A DNA stretch of 64,000 nt from Anthoceros angustus (taxonomy: Eukaryota; Plantae; Anthocerotophyta): assembly GCA_010909165.1 (NCBI GenBank), contig VJWM01000068.1, positions 682,001 through 746,000 of the forward strand. Reading direction: 5' to 3'. The position numbers were made by a program, and so were the translations under genes. The notes under the pieces are model-generated. The model saw only the letters and a program-made list of their open reading frames with translations, was not told where the DNA came from and made no database searches. Shown in pieces: positions 49,731-62,600 of the stretch; within the stretch, counting starts at the first letter, position 1, and each line of letters starts with the position of its first letter.

Positions 49731-49889
49731 GCATTGCGCCTACCGAGACAATATGGCCATATCTCCACTTCCGATTCAAATATCTCACTTCCGATTCAAA
49801 CCGTGATATTACACGCATTCACGAATCGTTTTGTAATCCATTCGGCTAGCACACCCATTTAACCGAATGTGGGCGAGATCCCTATCAAA

Positions 49890-50137
49890 TGAAGAAGAAG
49901 AAGAAGAAAGAAGAATTTTATTGAAGTCCACTAAGAACGTATTTAAGTCCAGAATGGATTTCCGTCACGGGGCTTAGTACTTAACAACTTGTACCATGGT
50001 GAACCTAAGCTATTTGCACCAAGGGTCCACTTCCTTCAGGGACCCCCACCTAATTTCCCTTCCCCACAGGATGCTTAATCACGACGTTCTTATAAATGTA
50101 TGTCCATTTAGCCTAAGCCAATTGGACACACATTTAG
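49890..50137 (-). mobile_element. LINE 3' end of the (TTC)n family, inverted copy
   Basis: Reverse complement is homologous to 587-841 and 20479-20697. Confidence 0.65.
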
Positions 50138-50376
50138 CACGCATTGCAGCCTACCGAGACAATATGGGTTATATCTCCACTTCCCGATTCCGAAACCGTG
50201 GAAAAGGGTTGGGTGGCACTTCCAGCGTACCAGGAGGGTAGATGCACACGCAGGTGTTTTGGTGGGTGACCACGGTATCTCCGTTTCTGAGGGGCGGCCA
50301 GATTTGGATGGATGGTACTATATGAGCAATCATGTGGCCCCTAGCCCTCGCGCGCCACACATGATCCACATGCTAA

Positions 50377-50820
50377 TCACCGCCTCCTGCCTGACCTACG
50401 AAGCACTGGCACCTCTATAGGAGGTTGTTCGACTCTTGGTTCATCTACCGGTGGAGGAATGTGCTCCTGCACATTACCACGGTTATCAACCTGCCCATGA
50501 TGATCATATCCATCTTCTTGGAAGATCACCCTTCGCACCTCCACAGTTGGAGTAGGCTTCCTGTGCATCTTGTTCTCATTGAAGAACACGTCGTTAGTAC
50601 GAACAACCTTTCTAGCTTCTGGACCCCACAAACGATATCCCATCTCACCAGAATCACCATAGCCAAGAAAAATACATTTCTTGGACTTAGGTGCCAACTT
50701 GTCCCGAAACTCTTTTAGAACATGGCAGTATGCCTCACAGCCAAACACTCGTAGATGCTTGTAGGATGGTTTCTTTCCAGACCATAGCTCCTCTGGAACC
50801 TGCTCATCAACAGCCTTATT
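50377..50820 (-). mobile_element. Ty1/copia pol fragment (integrase C-terminal/SH3 region)
   Basis: PEELWSGKKPSYKHLRVFGCEAYCHV..RDKLAPKSKKCIFLGY....GYRLW..ARKVVR.NDVFFNE. Confidence 0.92.
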
Positions 50821-51920
50821 CACTACAAGGAGGGGCTACCTTTTACAAATGGGTCTAAGTTTAGTTAGAAGAAACTACAACACTCTTACTACAGCTCAAA
50901 GCCCTGTTGTAAGTTTTTCGAACATTTACAACAAGGGTTCCTAACTAATATGATGTGGCATGGATTTTACAACAGGGGTTTGTTGACATGGCATGTTGAC
51001 ATGAATTTTACAACGGGGTTTGTTGACATGGCTTGCTCGTTGTACATGACGTTGTTAATTGTGCATAAACTCTTTTTGATTTAGAAAACTAGGGGGGTTA
51101 TTTGTTAATAAAACTACATTTTGTTGAATATATAATGACGTGGCATGTTTCTTGTACAGGATGTTGTAAACGGTACTTGTAAAAGACGTTGTAAACCATG
51201 TTTGTTGTAGATGTGGTTGTAAATTGTGCAGGACTTGATTTTTTGGAATAATATCATTTATGGGAATATCTATGAATAGATTTATTATTTTCTGATGTGG
51301 CAAGTTCGTTGCAAATGATGTTGTAAATATGTTTCTCTGGATTTATGTTAGTTATGGGATTGTCTTTTTTTTTTTTTTTATTTACTGACGTATCACATGC
51401 ATTGTAGCTATGGTTGCATGCATTTTATAGAAATATCTATAAATAAATTTATTATTTTCTGACATGGCAAGCTCATTGCAAATATCGTTGTAAAATGGTT
51501 TCTCGAATTTATATTATATTATTGGATTATTCATTTTTATTGTATATTCTTGACGCACATGCGTCGTAACTATGGTTGTAAAATGCACAAGCCAGCCAAT
51601 ATCCATGAATAAATATATTATTTGCTGATGTGGCATGTTGTAAAATGCCATTGTAAAATTTTGGAAGAGACCTTTTCCTTATTTATGTAATTTATGAGGT
51701 TATATATTAGTAAGATTCGATGTGGCATGCTTATAAATGCCGTTGTAAATATGTGGAAGAGACCTTTTCCTGATTTATGTCATTTATGAGGCTATATATT
51801 AGTGAAATTGCGATGTGGCATGTTCATTGCAAATACATTGTAAAATGTTATACAAATTTATCGATTTATAAATAGTGCCAGCATTGTAAAATGTCGGTGT
51901 AAGAATTTTCCTAATGTCAA
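50821..51920 (+). mobile_element. CACTA-like terminus with many tttacaac/gttgtaaa subterminal repeats, truncated
   Basis: CACTACAAG begins exactly where the copia homology stops; AT-rich repeats follow. Confidence 0.65.
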
Positions 51921-51934
51921 AAGCAGGCATGCAT

Positions 51935-53025
51935 CTTGGCATACAGGTCCACCAGGGAAGCGCCCACAAGTACGTTATCCAAATGTCCTCTTTGCACAAG
52001 CTGTGAGTGCAGCTACCTGCCCTTCTGTAAGGCACCAATGCTTGCACATGCCTTCAAAAGGCAAGCAAAAGTAACCTCATCAGCCACAAGCAGGCCCTCC
52101 TGTTGCATTCGTCCATACAAAAATAGCGCCTCTTGACCAAGCCCTTTCTGTCCATACCCAGCAATCAGGGCATTCCAAGTCACCACATCCTTTGGGCTCA
52201 AGCATTCAAAAACTTGATGCGCATCTTCTACTTCGCCACACTTTGCCTACATGTCCACCAGGCAAGTGCCCACAAGTGTGTTATCTAGCTGTCCTCTCTC
52301 CACAATCAGAGTGCAGCACTTCATAAGGCACTTGCGTTTGCACAGCCTTGGAAGGCAAGCAAAGATAACATGGTTGCCCACAATCAGGCCCTCCTTCTCC
52401 ATTTGTCCATACAGAACAAGCGCCTCTTGGCCAAGCCCATGATTTGCATACCCAACTATCAGGGCCGTCCATGTCACGACATCCTTTGTGCCTAACCTAT
52501 CGAAAACCGTGTGTGCCTCTTCCAGTTCACCACAGTTTGCGTACATGTCCACCAGATAGTTGGCAATAAACAAGTTCGGTGGAATGTCACTGTGCAACAT
52601 ATCATGCTGCACTTTTCTGCTAGATTCCAGGTCCACAAATGCACAAGCTTGAAGGGTGCTACAAAGATGTGGGCATCCGCCTTCACAGAGCGACACATCG
52701 CATAGTAAAGTTGTATCGCCTCATTAGGCTCCCCATGTGTAGCATGTGCGGAGATTATTGAAAACCACATGAAGGGATTTGGTTTGCCCACCCTCCAGCC
52801 TACCTCCGATACATACATCCGCAAGATATGGTTCCCCAAGTATGTGATTGACTCGTACCCAAGTTTGAGTGAGATCATGAACGTCATCCCACAACCATGT
52901 CCTTCTTATCGCACAAAGTTTTAGCACGACATATAAGATGGATCGAGGAATAGAATAGTCTATCTCAGATTTCTGAGCTCCAACGGCCTCGATGGCTTTC
53001 CCTACTCACATAACGTCGATGGTTA
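51935..53025 (-). pseudogene. PLS-class PPR pseudogene
   Basis: YLGNHILRMY, FMWFSIISAH, ANYLVDMYANCGELEEAHTVFDRLGTKDVVTWTALIVGYANHG, KDVVTWNALIAGY..VTFACLLKAC; frameshifts. Confidence 0.9.
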
Positions 53026-53379
53026 CAGTGTCACGACTCCCATATCCAATCCGCACACCTCCTGTGCTCGCTTTGGAGCTCGACTTGGAAGGAGAAGCAC
53101 AATGACCCACCGCATATTCAAAGAAACAAGCTTCTCATCCAACAAGTGGCTTGAACATGTTGTTTAACCCGAGGACCTCACCGGACTCCTTGCACCGAAT
53201 GTTAGGCGAGCGAGCTCCTCTTACCTCGCCTAGTTTCCCACGCACAAGAGGGGAGTCCTAGGAAGTGGTGATGGGAGGGCGGTTGGGTGTGGTCACACGA
53301 GAAGCGGTGGCCGCTCAAGTCCGCTACCGAGTCCGTAGTCCTATCTATTCAAATAGGTAGGACTCAAGTCCTTGGTCTT

Positions 53380-53620
53380 TGGGGTTTGGGAAGCAGACTC
53401 AAGTCCTTGGTCTTGAGGTTTGAATGATGTTCCTTGGTCCTTGGGAAAAGTAGCAAGTAGATAGAAGCCTATTTGAGTCCTTGGTCTTGAGGTTTGAATG
53501 ATGTTCCTTGGTCCTTGGGAAAATGGTATGTAGATAGAAACCTAGTCCTTGGTCTTTGGGGTTTCGGAAGGATGTTCCTTGGTCCTTGGGAAAAGTAGCA
53601 TGTAGATAGAAACCTATTTC
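53380..53620. repeat. Tandem ~70-bp repeats
   Basis: agtccttggtctt..ggttt...gatgttccttggtccttgggaaaa.tag.a.gtagatagaa x3. Confidence 0.8.
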
Positions 53621-56600
53621 GAGGGCCGAGGAAGGCAACTTCCTTGAACCATGGGAATTCGCTTTTCTAGATATTGCATGTAGGGCTATATATGCATGTT
53701 AGGTATGCGGGGGTAAAATTGGCCGACTCATCAAGGGCCCGGTCAGACATGTATACAATCTCGCTACTCCATGGCCGGAGTAGTGAGTTCAACCTAGGCC
53801 GTGGAGTATACCGGTTGAAAATTTTATAGCAACTGCGAATCTAGGTAGGAATCCTAGTGTACTTCCTTTTGGATTGCGTATACCAATTCAATGGAGATAC
53901 ACTAGGACAAGCTACTGATTAGCGAGCTACATATAAAGATTTGTAATACAATGATATGCGAGTTCTTGCATATTAGCGGCTAAAGTCGCCTAATGAAATG
54001 GCCAATCCGGGCGCCCGATGGCGGCCTCGCCTTGAGCTAATTTCTAATAGGCAATAGGTATAGAGTTTCGATAGGCCTTCACTTGCGATAATCTACATAG
54101 TATGCGAGTGCTGAAAAACCAATCTTCGTGGCCCTACATTCCAATCGAGGTTGTCCGTAGCTACGGGTTGGCATTCGTGGGGGCTAGCCCCGGCTCTTGG
54201 CCCTTCTTGGGTTATCCCACCTCGGTTCGGGTTGATGGGTTTCCCATCTCTTCTTTTAATAAAGTCTCCATTGAGCCATTTTAGTTATCCTCGATGGATT
54301 GGGATTGTGCAGAAATGGTGCTGCTCCTGTCGGCGGTTTGGTGGCCGTCCGCCACTATATAAGATAGTGGTTGCAAGTTTTCTTGCGCTTTTGCCAAGGC
54401 CTATTAAATATGGCATGGTGTGAGCTCCTCGCGACTTTTGGCCAGACGCGCCATAAAGTCGTTGTAGGAAGGAGTCCGTTCCCAAGGGAATGATAGGCTC
54501 CGTTTGCGCGTTCGCGATTCTTACTTCACTTTGCGTCCGTTCGGTCTCACGCACACATTCATCGATTCGCATCTAACTACATAGCGTTCACACGCAGGCC
54601 GGTGTGGCCAAGCGTTTAGACCCGTTCGGCGTCCGTATCGTTCACGTTAGTCACTTGCACCTCTAGTCCGCTCTTCTCTCCACTCACACTACACTCATCG
54701 CCTTAGGGAAAAGCGGGGCTAAGCATGGGACCTCCTCGTCGTTGGGCCTCTCCGTCCAGGGCTCTACGCCCTCCGAGTCCCTCCGGCTCTGCGTTCCGGT
54801 CCGTTCGGCCGTGGGCGCTGCGGGCACGGGTCCGTCACCCTTCTCTCGCACACACCACCACACGTTAGGGTCCGTCACGGAACCTTGATCGGTCTCTCAC
54901 GGGGTGCACCTTTCGATGACTCAGGACTCACGTTAGCAAGAAGACGCACAAGGGTCTGCAAGAAACGCGGCATCAACACCAAGAGAAAGATACTTTACTT
55001 AGAGCAGCCTCAGCCCTCTTATACTACGCCGAAGGTCGGCGCCTTTATTACACCCCTATTCTGAGCCGGTGGCCAGCTCAGTACGCCCTAATCGGCCGCC
55101 TACCATCCTATTCCTCCCCTCCTATCTCCTTCGTCGGCGGTGGGGCTGGGAAGGTCCCGGGTTCCGCCTCGGGATTGGTGGTCCAATCTCCCGGCGACGT
55201 TCTGGCGCGCAATCGGATGATCCGCGAGGCGGACCCTTCCTCTTCCCTCACTCGGTTGGAGCTCTCGGCGGCGGTCGGCGACGTTACCACAACGTCGTTC
55301 CCCACGGCCCCCGGTGGGTCCCTTCCAGGGCCACCAGGCACTGCTCCCGGCGTAAGTCGGAGGGGACTCCTCCTTACTTCCTGAGTCCGGACCTCGAGGT
55401 CCGGTCTCGACTCCGGAGTCGGAACTTCGGGAGTCTGCCTTCTTCCCTGAGTCCGGTCTGCTGGGTCCGGTCTCATCTCTGGGGTTCGGACCTCAGGGTC
55501 CGAACTTATTACCGGGGTCCGGTCTCCAAGCTCCGGACCCCTTACCTGCGGACCTCTTACTGCTAGGTCCTCATCCCTTCCCACCGACCCTTGTCTTGGG
55601 TCGGTTTGGCTTCCTCCTTCCGCTCCCCCTTCAAGGCCGCCGCCTATCTTCCGGCGGGTTGCGGCGGACTTACCACAGGATTCGTTGTATTGGCGTCTGC
55701 TCCTCGATGCTCTTCTCCCCCGCTACCGTCGTCTCCAAACAGGGCCACTAGAGTCCCGTGCTGTCCCCATGCCCTTCATCCCTTGAGCCTTCCAGTCTCT
55801 ATTTGAAGCTGGGAGGAGGTCTTAATGTCTTGGAGCTCGGCGTGGTAATAGGCAAAGTCTAAATCAACTTGTCAATTGCCTCTTCCACGTGTGCGGGCAC
55901 CGATACTCCCTTCGCCATAGGTGTTAGGAGGTGGGCGTCTTTGCCCGGCTTGTTGGACCACCTCCGGGTTTGACGGTGGAGGAGTATCACGCGAGGCTAC
56001 AAGGCGCCTCGGTCCTCTCCACCGCTTTGCTCCGCTGCTCGGCTCCGTCGTTTCCGCTCCGCTGCTAGCTTACCCGGCCATAGCGCAGCGCTCCTTCCGC
56101 CTTTCTCTTTGGACCCCTTCTTTTACTGCGTCCGGTGCTCTCTCCTCCGTTCATTACGGCGTTAACTCCGCCATCTCCCTCTCAGCGGTCGGGCAACTCG
56201 CATGCGGGCTTGAGTCCTTCTCCATTTCGGCGTCCTGCTCCTGTTCCATCGCCTTACTTCCTCCGTCCATCGCTGGAGCTTCTCTCGTTCGTGATCCGCG
56301 ATCACGCCTGCATTACCATTCCTCTCAATGGTAACTTGGGCTGCGACTCGAGTCTCCTTGCGGTCTTCCATCTCCTGCGCTCCACCTCGGGGCCAGGAGA
56401 TCCTCCATCTCCTGCGGTCTTCCATCTCCCCGCGGCGCTCCACCTCACGGGCAGGAGATCCTCCATCTCCTTGCCGCGTGCTTCCTCCTCCTCGGCATGG
56501 GCCGTGCACTCGCCGCCTCCTGCTCCCCGTGTTGGCAGCTATCCTGTCTCCCTCCACCGGTTCCGATCACGCCGATAGTGATCACGGTCGATCTTAGCGG

Positions 56601-57608
56601 CCGCCTCCCTTCACTGACCGCCCATTTGGCCTTGGTCCAGTCGGCCGCCAGTCACGAGCCTTCTCGCTTGCCTCGCCTCCTCGCCTCCTGCTCCTCCTTC
56701 CGCCCGTGCTTGGGCCTCCACAGCCACACCAGGTGAAGGAATTTAGTCGATCCTGTCGGATGGACGGACTTCCTCTCGGCCTCCTGTTTCCCTTCCTCGA
56801 TCGGCCGAGCTTGCCTCCTGCCTCTGCCACCTCCAAGCCTCTGGAGGAGCACCATCGCCTCGGGTGGCTTCTACCTCACAGGTCTTCTCGGCCGTCCCGA
56901 GACCCCAAAGCATACCGTCCATGGCCGGTAGCTAGGACTGTTTCTTCCACGGCCGCCAGTGAGACCCCACAAAGTCCGGATAGCGGGTCACAATGTTGCG
57001 CTCTACCGGGTTCCATGGCTCCCGGACCTCCATACCATGATCCGGAGTAAGTCCGGGCCGGGTTCTCGGACCTAATCGGGCCCTTAGGTCACAGTCTTGA
57101 GCTTCTCCTCCTTAGCCCTCTTGGCATGATTTCCCTTTTGCCCTCTTCGTCACAGGGCTCGGAGGTGAGGGGTCCGGAGCTAGCCCTTTTGCCCCTTCAC
57201 AGCCGGAGGCAGGACTTCAGTGCCCTGTCCTCCTTGGCGGTGTCCCTTCGCCTCCTTACGCCTCTTGACCTCTTGCCTCCGTGGGCGGTGAAAGCGCACC
57301 GTCGAGTGCTGCGTTGTGTGTGCGCCTCTTCGGTTCCTGGTCCTGGGCTCAGTGACTGATTCTTTGTGCCTCACCCAACTCCGCTCCGTGCTCCATCCCC
57401 TCTCGTTGATTGCTCCGAGGCACGGAGAAGGAAGCGGATTTCTTCCCATACTTCCTGGGTGGTGAGGGGTTCGTTCAGATGGGTCAGGAATCCCTCGATC
57501 GTCCTCCTCCGGGTCCGTTTGGCCTTAGGGGGCCCCTTGCCTGCAGCTCGCCGGCGGGGCCTCCTCGCCTCTGTGCGCTACTCCCTCCGCTGCGGTCTTC
57601 CGCCCGTG

Positions 57609-59620
57609 CTTGGGCCTCACTGCCAGTGCTCACCCGGTGAAGGAATTTAGTCCGGTCTGTCGGATGGACGGACTTCCCTCTCGGCCTCCTGCGTTTCCCT
57701 TCCTCGATGCGGCCGAGCTTGCCTCCTCCTTGCCTCGGGGCCCCTCCAGCACTCACGGAGGAGCACCATCGCCTCGGGTGGCTTCTACTCCGGTCTTCTC
57801 GGTCCCGAGACCCCAAAGCATACCGTCCATGGCGGTAGGAACCGTGTTTCTTCCAGCCGCCAGTGAGACCCCACAAAGTAGTGGGAGGCGGGCATTTCAG
57901 TCCGAGGACCTCCATACCATGATCCGGAGTAAGTCGGTGGGTTCTCGGACCTAATCGGGACCCTTAGGTCACAGTCTTGAGCTCGAGCTTCACCCTCCTT
58001 AGCCCTCTTGGCCGCCCTTCCTATTTGCCCTCTTCGTCACAGGGCTCGGAGGTGAGGGGTCAGGAGCTAGCCCTTTTGCCCCTTCACAGCCGGAGGCAGG
58101 ACCCGGCTCGGAGTGCTGCTGCCGGTGACCTCCTGCTCCTTGGCGGTGTCCCTTCGCCTCCTTACGCCTCTTGACCTCTTGCCACTCAGGTGGGTAAGAA
58201 CCTGAGCACCGTCACAGTCTTTGCGTTGGTAAAAAGTCTTGCGCCTCTTGTTCCAGTCCGAGGCTCGTGAGCTGCGTTCTTGTTGCTGGGGGCGCAACCG
58301 CCAACTCAGCTCCGTCGTTCCCTCCTGCTGCGTTGATTGCTCCGAGGAGGCACTGTGAGAAGGGAAGGGGATTTCTTCCCATACTTCCACAGGTGGTGAG
58401 GGGTCCGTTCGAGACGTATGGAGTCAGGAATCCCTCGATCGTCCTCCTCCGGGTCCGTTTGGCCTTAGTCGGCCCCACCTCGGGCGCCCTTGCACGCTCC
58501 CTTCGGCCTCCGGCCCTTTGGCGCCGCTCGATCTCTCCTCCTTCAGGGCTCAAATGTCCCCATACATGGATCGGGTATGGGGAACCCATGAAGGGCTTCT
58601 CGCTCCTCGGCTTGGGCCTCACTGCCAGTGCTCACCCGGTGAAGGAATTTAGTCCGGTCTGTCGGATGGACGGACTTCCCTCTCGGCCTCCTGCGTTTCC
58701 CTTCCTCGATGCGGCCGAGCTTGCCTCCTCCTTGCCTCGGGGCCCCTCCAGCACTCACGGAGGAGCACCATCGCCTCGGGTGGCTTCTACCTCCGGGTCT
58801 TCTCGGTCCCGAGACCCCAAAGCATACCGTCCATGGCGGTAGGAACCGTGTTTCTTCCAGCCGCCAGTGAGACCCCACAAAGTAGTGGGAGGCGGGCATT
58901 TCAGTCCGAGGACCTCCATACCATGATCCGGAGTAAGTCGGTGGGTTCTCGGACCTAATCGGGACCCTTAGGTCACAGTCTTGAGCTCGAGCTTCACCCT
59001 CCTTAGCCCTCTTGGCCGCCCTTCCTATTTGCCCTCTTCGTCACAGGGCTCGGAGGTGAGGGGTCAGGAGCTAGCCCTTTTGCCCCTTCACAGCCGGAGG
59101 CAGGACCCGGCTCGGAGTGCTGCTGCCGGTGACCTCCTGCTCCTTGGCGGCGTCCCTTCGCCTCCTTACGCCTCTTGACCTCTTGCCACTCAGGTGGGTA
59201 AGAACCTGAGCACCGTCACAGTCTTTGCGTTGGTAAAAAGTCTTGCGCCTCTTGTTCCAGTCCGAGGCTCGTGAGCTGCGTTCTTGTTGCTGGGGGCGCA
59301 ACCGCCAACTCAGCTCCGTCGTTCCCTCCTGCTGCGTTGATTGCTCCGAGGAGGCACTGTGAGAAGGGAAGGGGATTTCTTCCCATACTTCCACAGGTGG
59401 TGAGGGGTCCGTTCGAGACGTATGGAGTCAGGAATCCCTCGATCGTCCTCCTCCGGGTCCGTTTGGCCTTAGTCGGCCCCACCTCGGGCGCCCTTGCACG
59501 CTCCCTTCGGCCTCCGGCCCTTTGGCGCCGCTCGATCTCTCCCTCCCGGGGCTCGAAATGTCCCCATACATGGATCGGGTATGGGGATAGTCAGATGGCG
59601 AGGGCTTCTCGCTCCTCGGC
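57609..59620. repeat. Near-identical ~1.0-kb tandem duplication (57609-58610 / 58611-59620); a more diverged copy lies at ~56690-57600
   Basis: Identical ORFs at 57977 and 58981 (offset 1004). Confidence 0.9.
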
Positions 59621-62600
59621 TTCGGGCCTCTGGTGAACAGGCGAAGATAATCCTTCCCGGTCCCGCCTCTTTCCCATGATATGCGAGGGAACAGGCAAAT
59701 TATCAGGGTGATCCACCTTGGTGAGCAGTTCCAATGGACAATAATCCGGCTAAAGCCCTTACTTGTCGTGAGTTATATCAACCGGCCATTGGTTGTCCTG
59801 CGTTCGAGCCTCGGCCATGGCTGGCCCTATCTTTCCCTTCGCCTTGAGGGGCTCTGGGACTACGCCCCCATCTTCCTCCTTTGGGCGGTTGTAGGCCGCC
59901 CTCAGGACCTCCAAGGTCCATCGCCTAGGATCCTCCCGGAGGTTCTTGGACCGAACCTCCTTGTTGGCCGCCGCCAACATCTTCCGGGCGAACTCCCGGA
60001 CCAGAGTGACACTGTCAAACGTCCAGACAGCCTGGAACACATCTAAGTGCCACTCCTCGACTAATTCCCCCGCTTCCTCCGGCCCAGCCCAAAGTCGGAT
60101 AGCGGGTCACAATGTTGCGCTCTACCGGGTTCCATGGCTCCCGGACCTCCAGCCTTTTGGGTGCCATCGCCTTCTTCTCCCTCGTTCTTTGTGGCTGGCG
60201 GCGAGTCGGCCAGCACGATCGCCCTCTTCGCGTTGTTGCTCCAACCGACGGTGAGCGCGCTCGAAGATGCTGGCGCTCAAAGAGATAGCGCCAGAGGCCG
60301 GGTTGCGGGCGCAAGGCTGCGGTGTCTCGAGGTTGCGCGAAATGACCTCCTCGTCGGCACTGCCGTTGGAATGGCAGGCGAAGGCGCCTCTTCCACATCC
60401 ATAGCGCGATGCATGGCTTACTCGACCTTCCGCCTTTCGCCTGCGCGCCCGCGCGTACTGCGGCCTTCGCGCGATCCGCGGGCGTGAATACTGCCTGGCG
60501 GCAAGGCTCGGTCGACTGCTGCATGCCCGACCCCACTCGGGGCCGTCCACGTGGCGCCGCTTAGTCGCCTCACGACTCAACTTCTAAGTTACTTTCCTGG
60601 CGTACTTATCTGTTTTGCCGGGTGGGGTCCGGACTTATCCTGCTACAAGTCGGGGCTATATGTGTGCGTTGCCCACTCCGGTCGGAGTACACTCCGAGTC
60701 CAGGTGGCGCCATCCGTGCTTATTCCTCCTTTTCCGCCTTATTTTACTATTCCAACCTACCAAAAACAAACCCCACTTAATTCCTACCCCAAGGGAAGTC
60801 CATAGTCCTGACTCCCTTTTCTACTTATGTGGTATTTTATAAGAGTTTTGGAGGAGTTATTTTTACAACAGCAAGTACAAAGGAGGCTTCGAGGACACTT
60901 CTTCACCTGCGATAGGGAGGCCTTTTCATATTCTTAGCTTTGTATCTTTTATTTTTCAGCCGTGTTGGTTATTGGGCCATGCATAATCTGCGTCACATTG
61001 TATTTTCTCATTATTTGAAGTCTTCTTGTATCTTTGTGGTAGGTTTCAATGAAGAAGCTTGTAGTGGTTGTTGGTAGGTTTCATCTACGTAACTATGAAA
61101 AGTTAGTTTTCACTTGCAGTATTAAAATACTAATTGGTGTTGATGAAGAGTGGTGTTAAATCATACTTTTGGGTTAGTGTGTCTACTCGTTTTGACAAGA
61201 AATCAAAACCCAATAAGTTAATGTTTCAAAGAAGGTCGGTGTCTGCGTATGAAGGAGGTGAGCAAGGTCATCATCCATTTGATGTCCTTTCTTCCCTCAT
61301 CCTATGAAAGCTATTTCCTCTTCTCCATGTTCAAGTGCAAGGAATTGTACAATCGCCCTTGAAGGTTGAGCTTAGGCATCCTCGTGAGGGCAACGTACTC
61401 TTATTTTCGGTACAAAGGAGGACATCTATTTTTAAGTCGTATATATGTGTTTTGATATAACAAAAACTTACCACTAAAAACAAGAAAGTAAGAGAAGTGA
61501 AGTAAAATTTTACAACACACCATTTTACTATCAGTCTAACACAAATATTTAAAAAAAAAAAAGCACACTTCGAACGCGAAACACTTTTGCTTTGAAAATT
61601 TATTAAGTTGCTACTTCTACATGCCTGCTTAACAACTTAATATATGAATCTTTTAGCTGAGATCTACTAGTTATTATTGACATCATTTTCAATCGAACTA
61701 AAACCCTTGCGGCCACGTTGGTGCTCATTTGATCTCGATCGTTGTGACCAAGCTTTAGCAAAAGAAGACCTTCCACAACTTCTTTCTCTAGCTCGGATAG
61801 AAAGGTCTCATTCCGGGTCCAATTGGGCCACAAGCTTCCTCACTCTGTGTTTTGAACTTGTACTGCGAAAATTGATTGATGCATTGTCAAATGCGCTTAC
61901 ATATTTTTATTGCATCTTATTAACGTCTACCAACACAATGCAAATACTAAGATGTTACGCCATGCTAGTAGATATTGGGAGTGGCGATATATCATTGTGA
62001 GAAGAATCATTCCGACTTCTTCTTTTGTTTGGTACCTTAGAGTGTAATCCAAACCCTTCAAACCCACGATGCATATACTTGCATTTAAGGCTACAATAAG
62101 TCTTCACGCTTTTGCATCCGCCCGATCCAATACCATAGTGACTTGTATTTCGTTGGTGCTTGCAAAATCTTGTAACTTGGGAGGCAGAGCATGTGGTCCT
62201 TTTCATTGCATTTGAAGGAGTAATATCCTCGATGGAGATAGGCGATGAAAGACTACGAATCTCTGAAGTCCAAACACCATAGCGTCGATTAACTTTTGAA
62301 TAGTCAAAACCTCATGCCCGCATGTGAATCATAGAACATTGAATGCAAAATGGTGCACCCAGCATTCAATACAAAATTTATTGCACCACACTTCTCCATG
62401 TGAGGATGCAGCGTGCACTTCACATGATACTCATGCTCAAGAAAATGGGTAACCAATCAGCTGGCGTAAATAAACAGCTTGTGTTCCCGGTCTTGGGTGC
62501 ATCTCTTCCAACAAATAGCTACAAGTTGTAACAAATGAACATTAATAATTTCAAATATAATCACATAATTTAGTTTTAACATAATTCTCAAATCATTCAA

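Larger units (their letters stand above)
53029..60800. mobile_element. Degenerate, probably nested LTR-retrotransposon-derived region (LTR-like start TGTCACGAC, GC-rich internal part)
   Basis: TGTCACG begins where the PPR homology ends; a similar gtcacgg occurs near 54874; internal repeats; no RT/IN motifs recognised, so boundaries are approximate. Confidence 0.45.

Noticed and set aside
55069-59600. Many overlapping 60-190-aa ORFs
   Set aside because: GC-rich repetitive retroelement-like DNA with no recognisable domains
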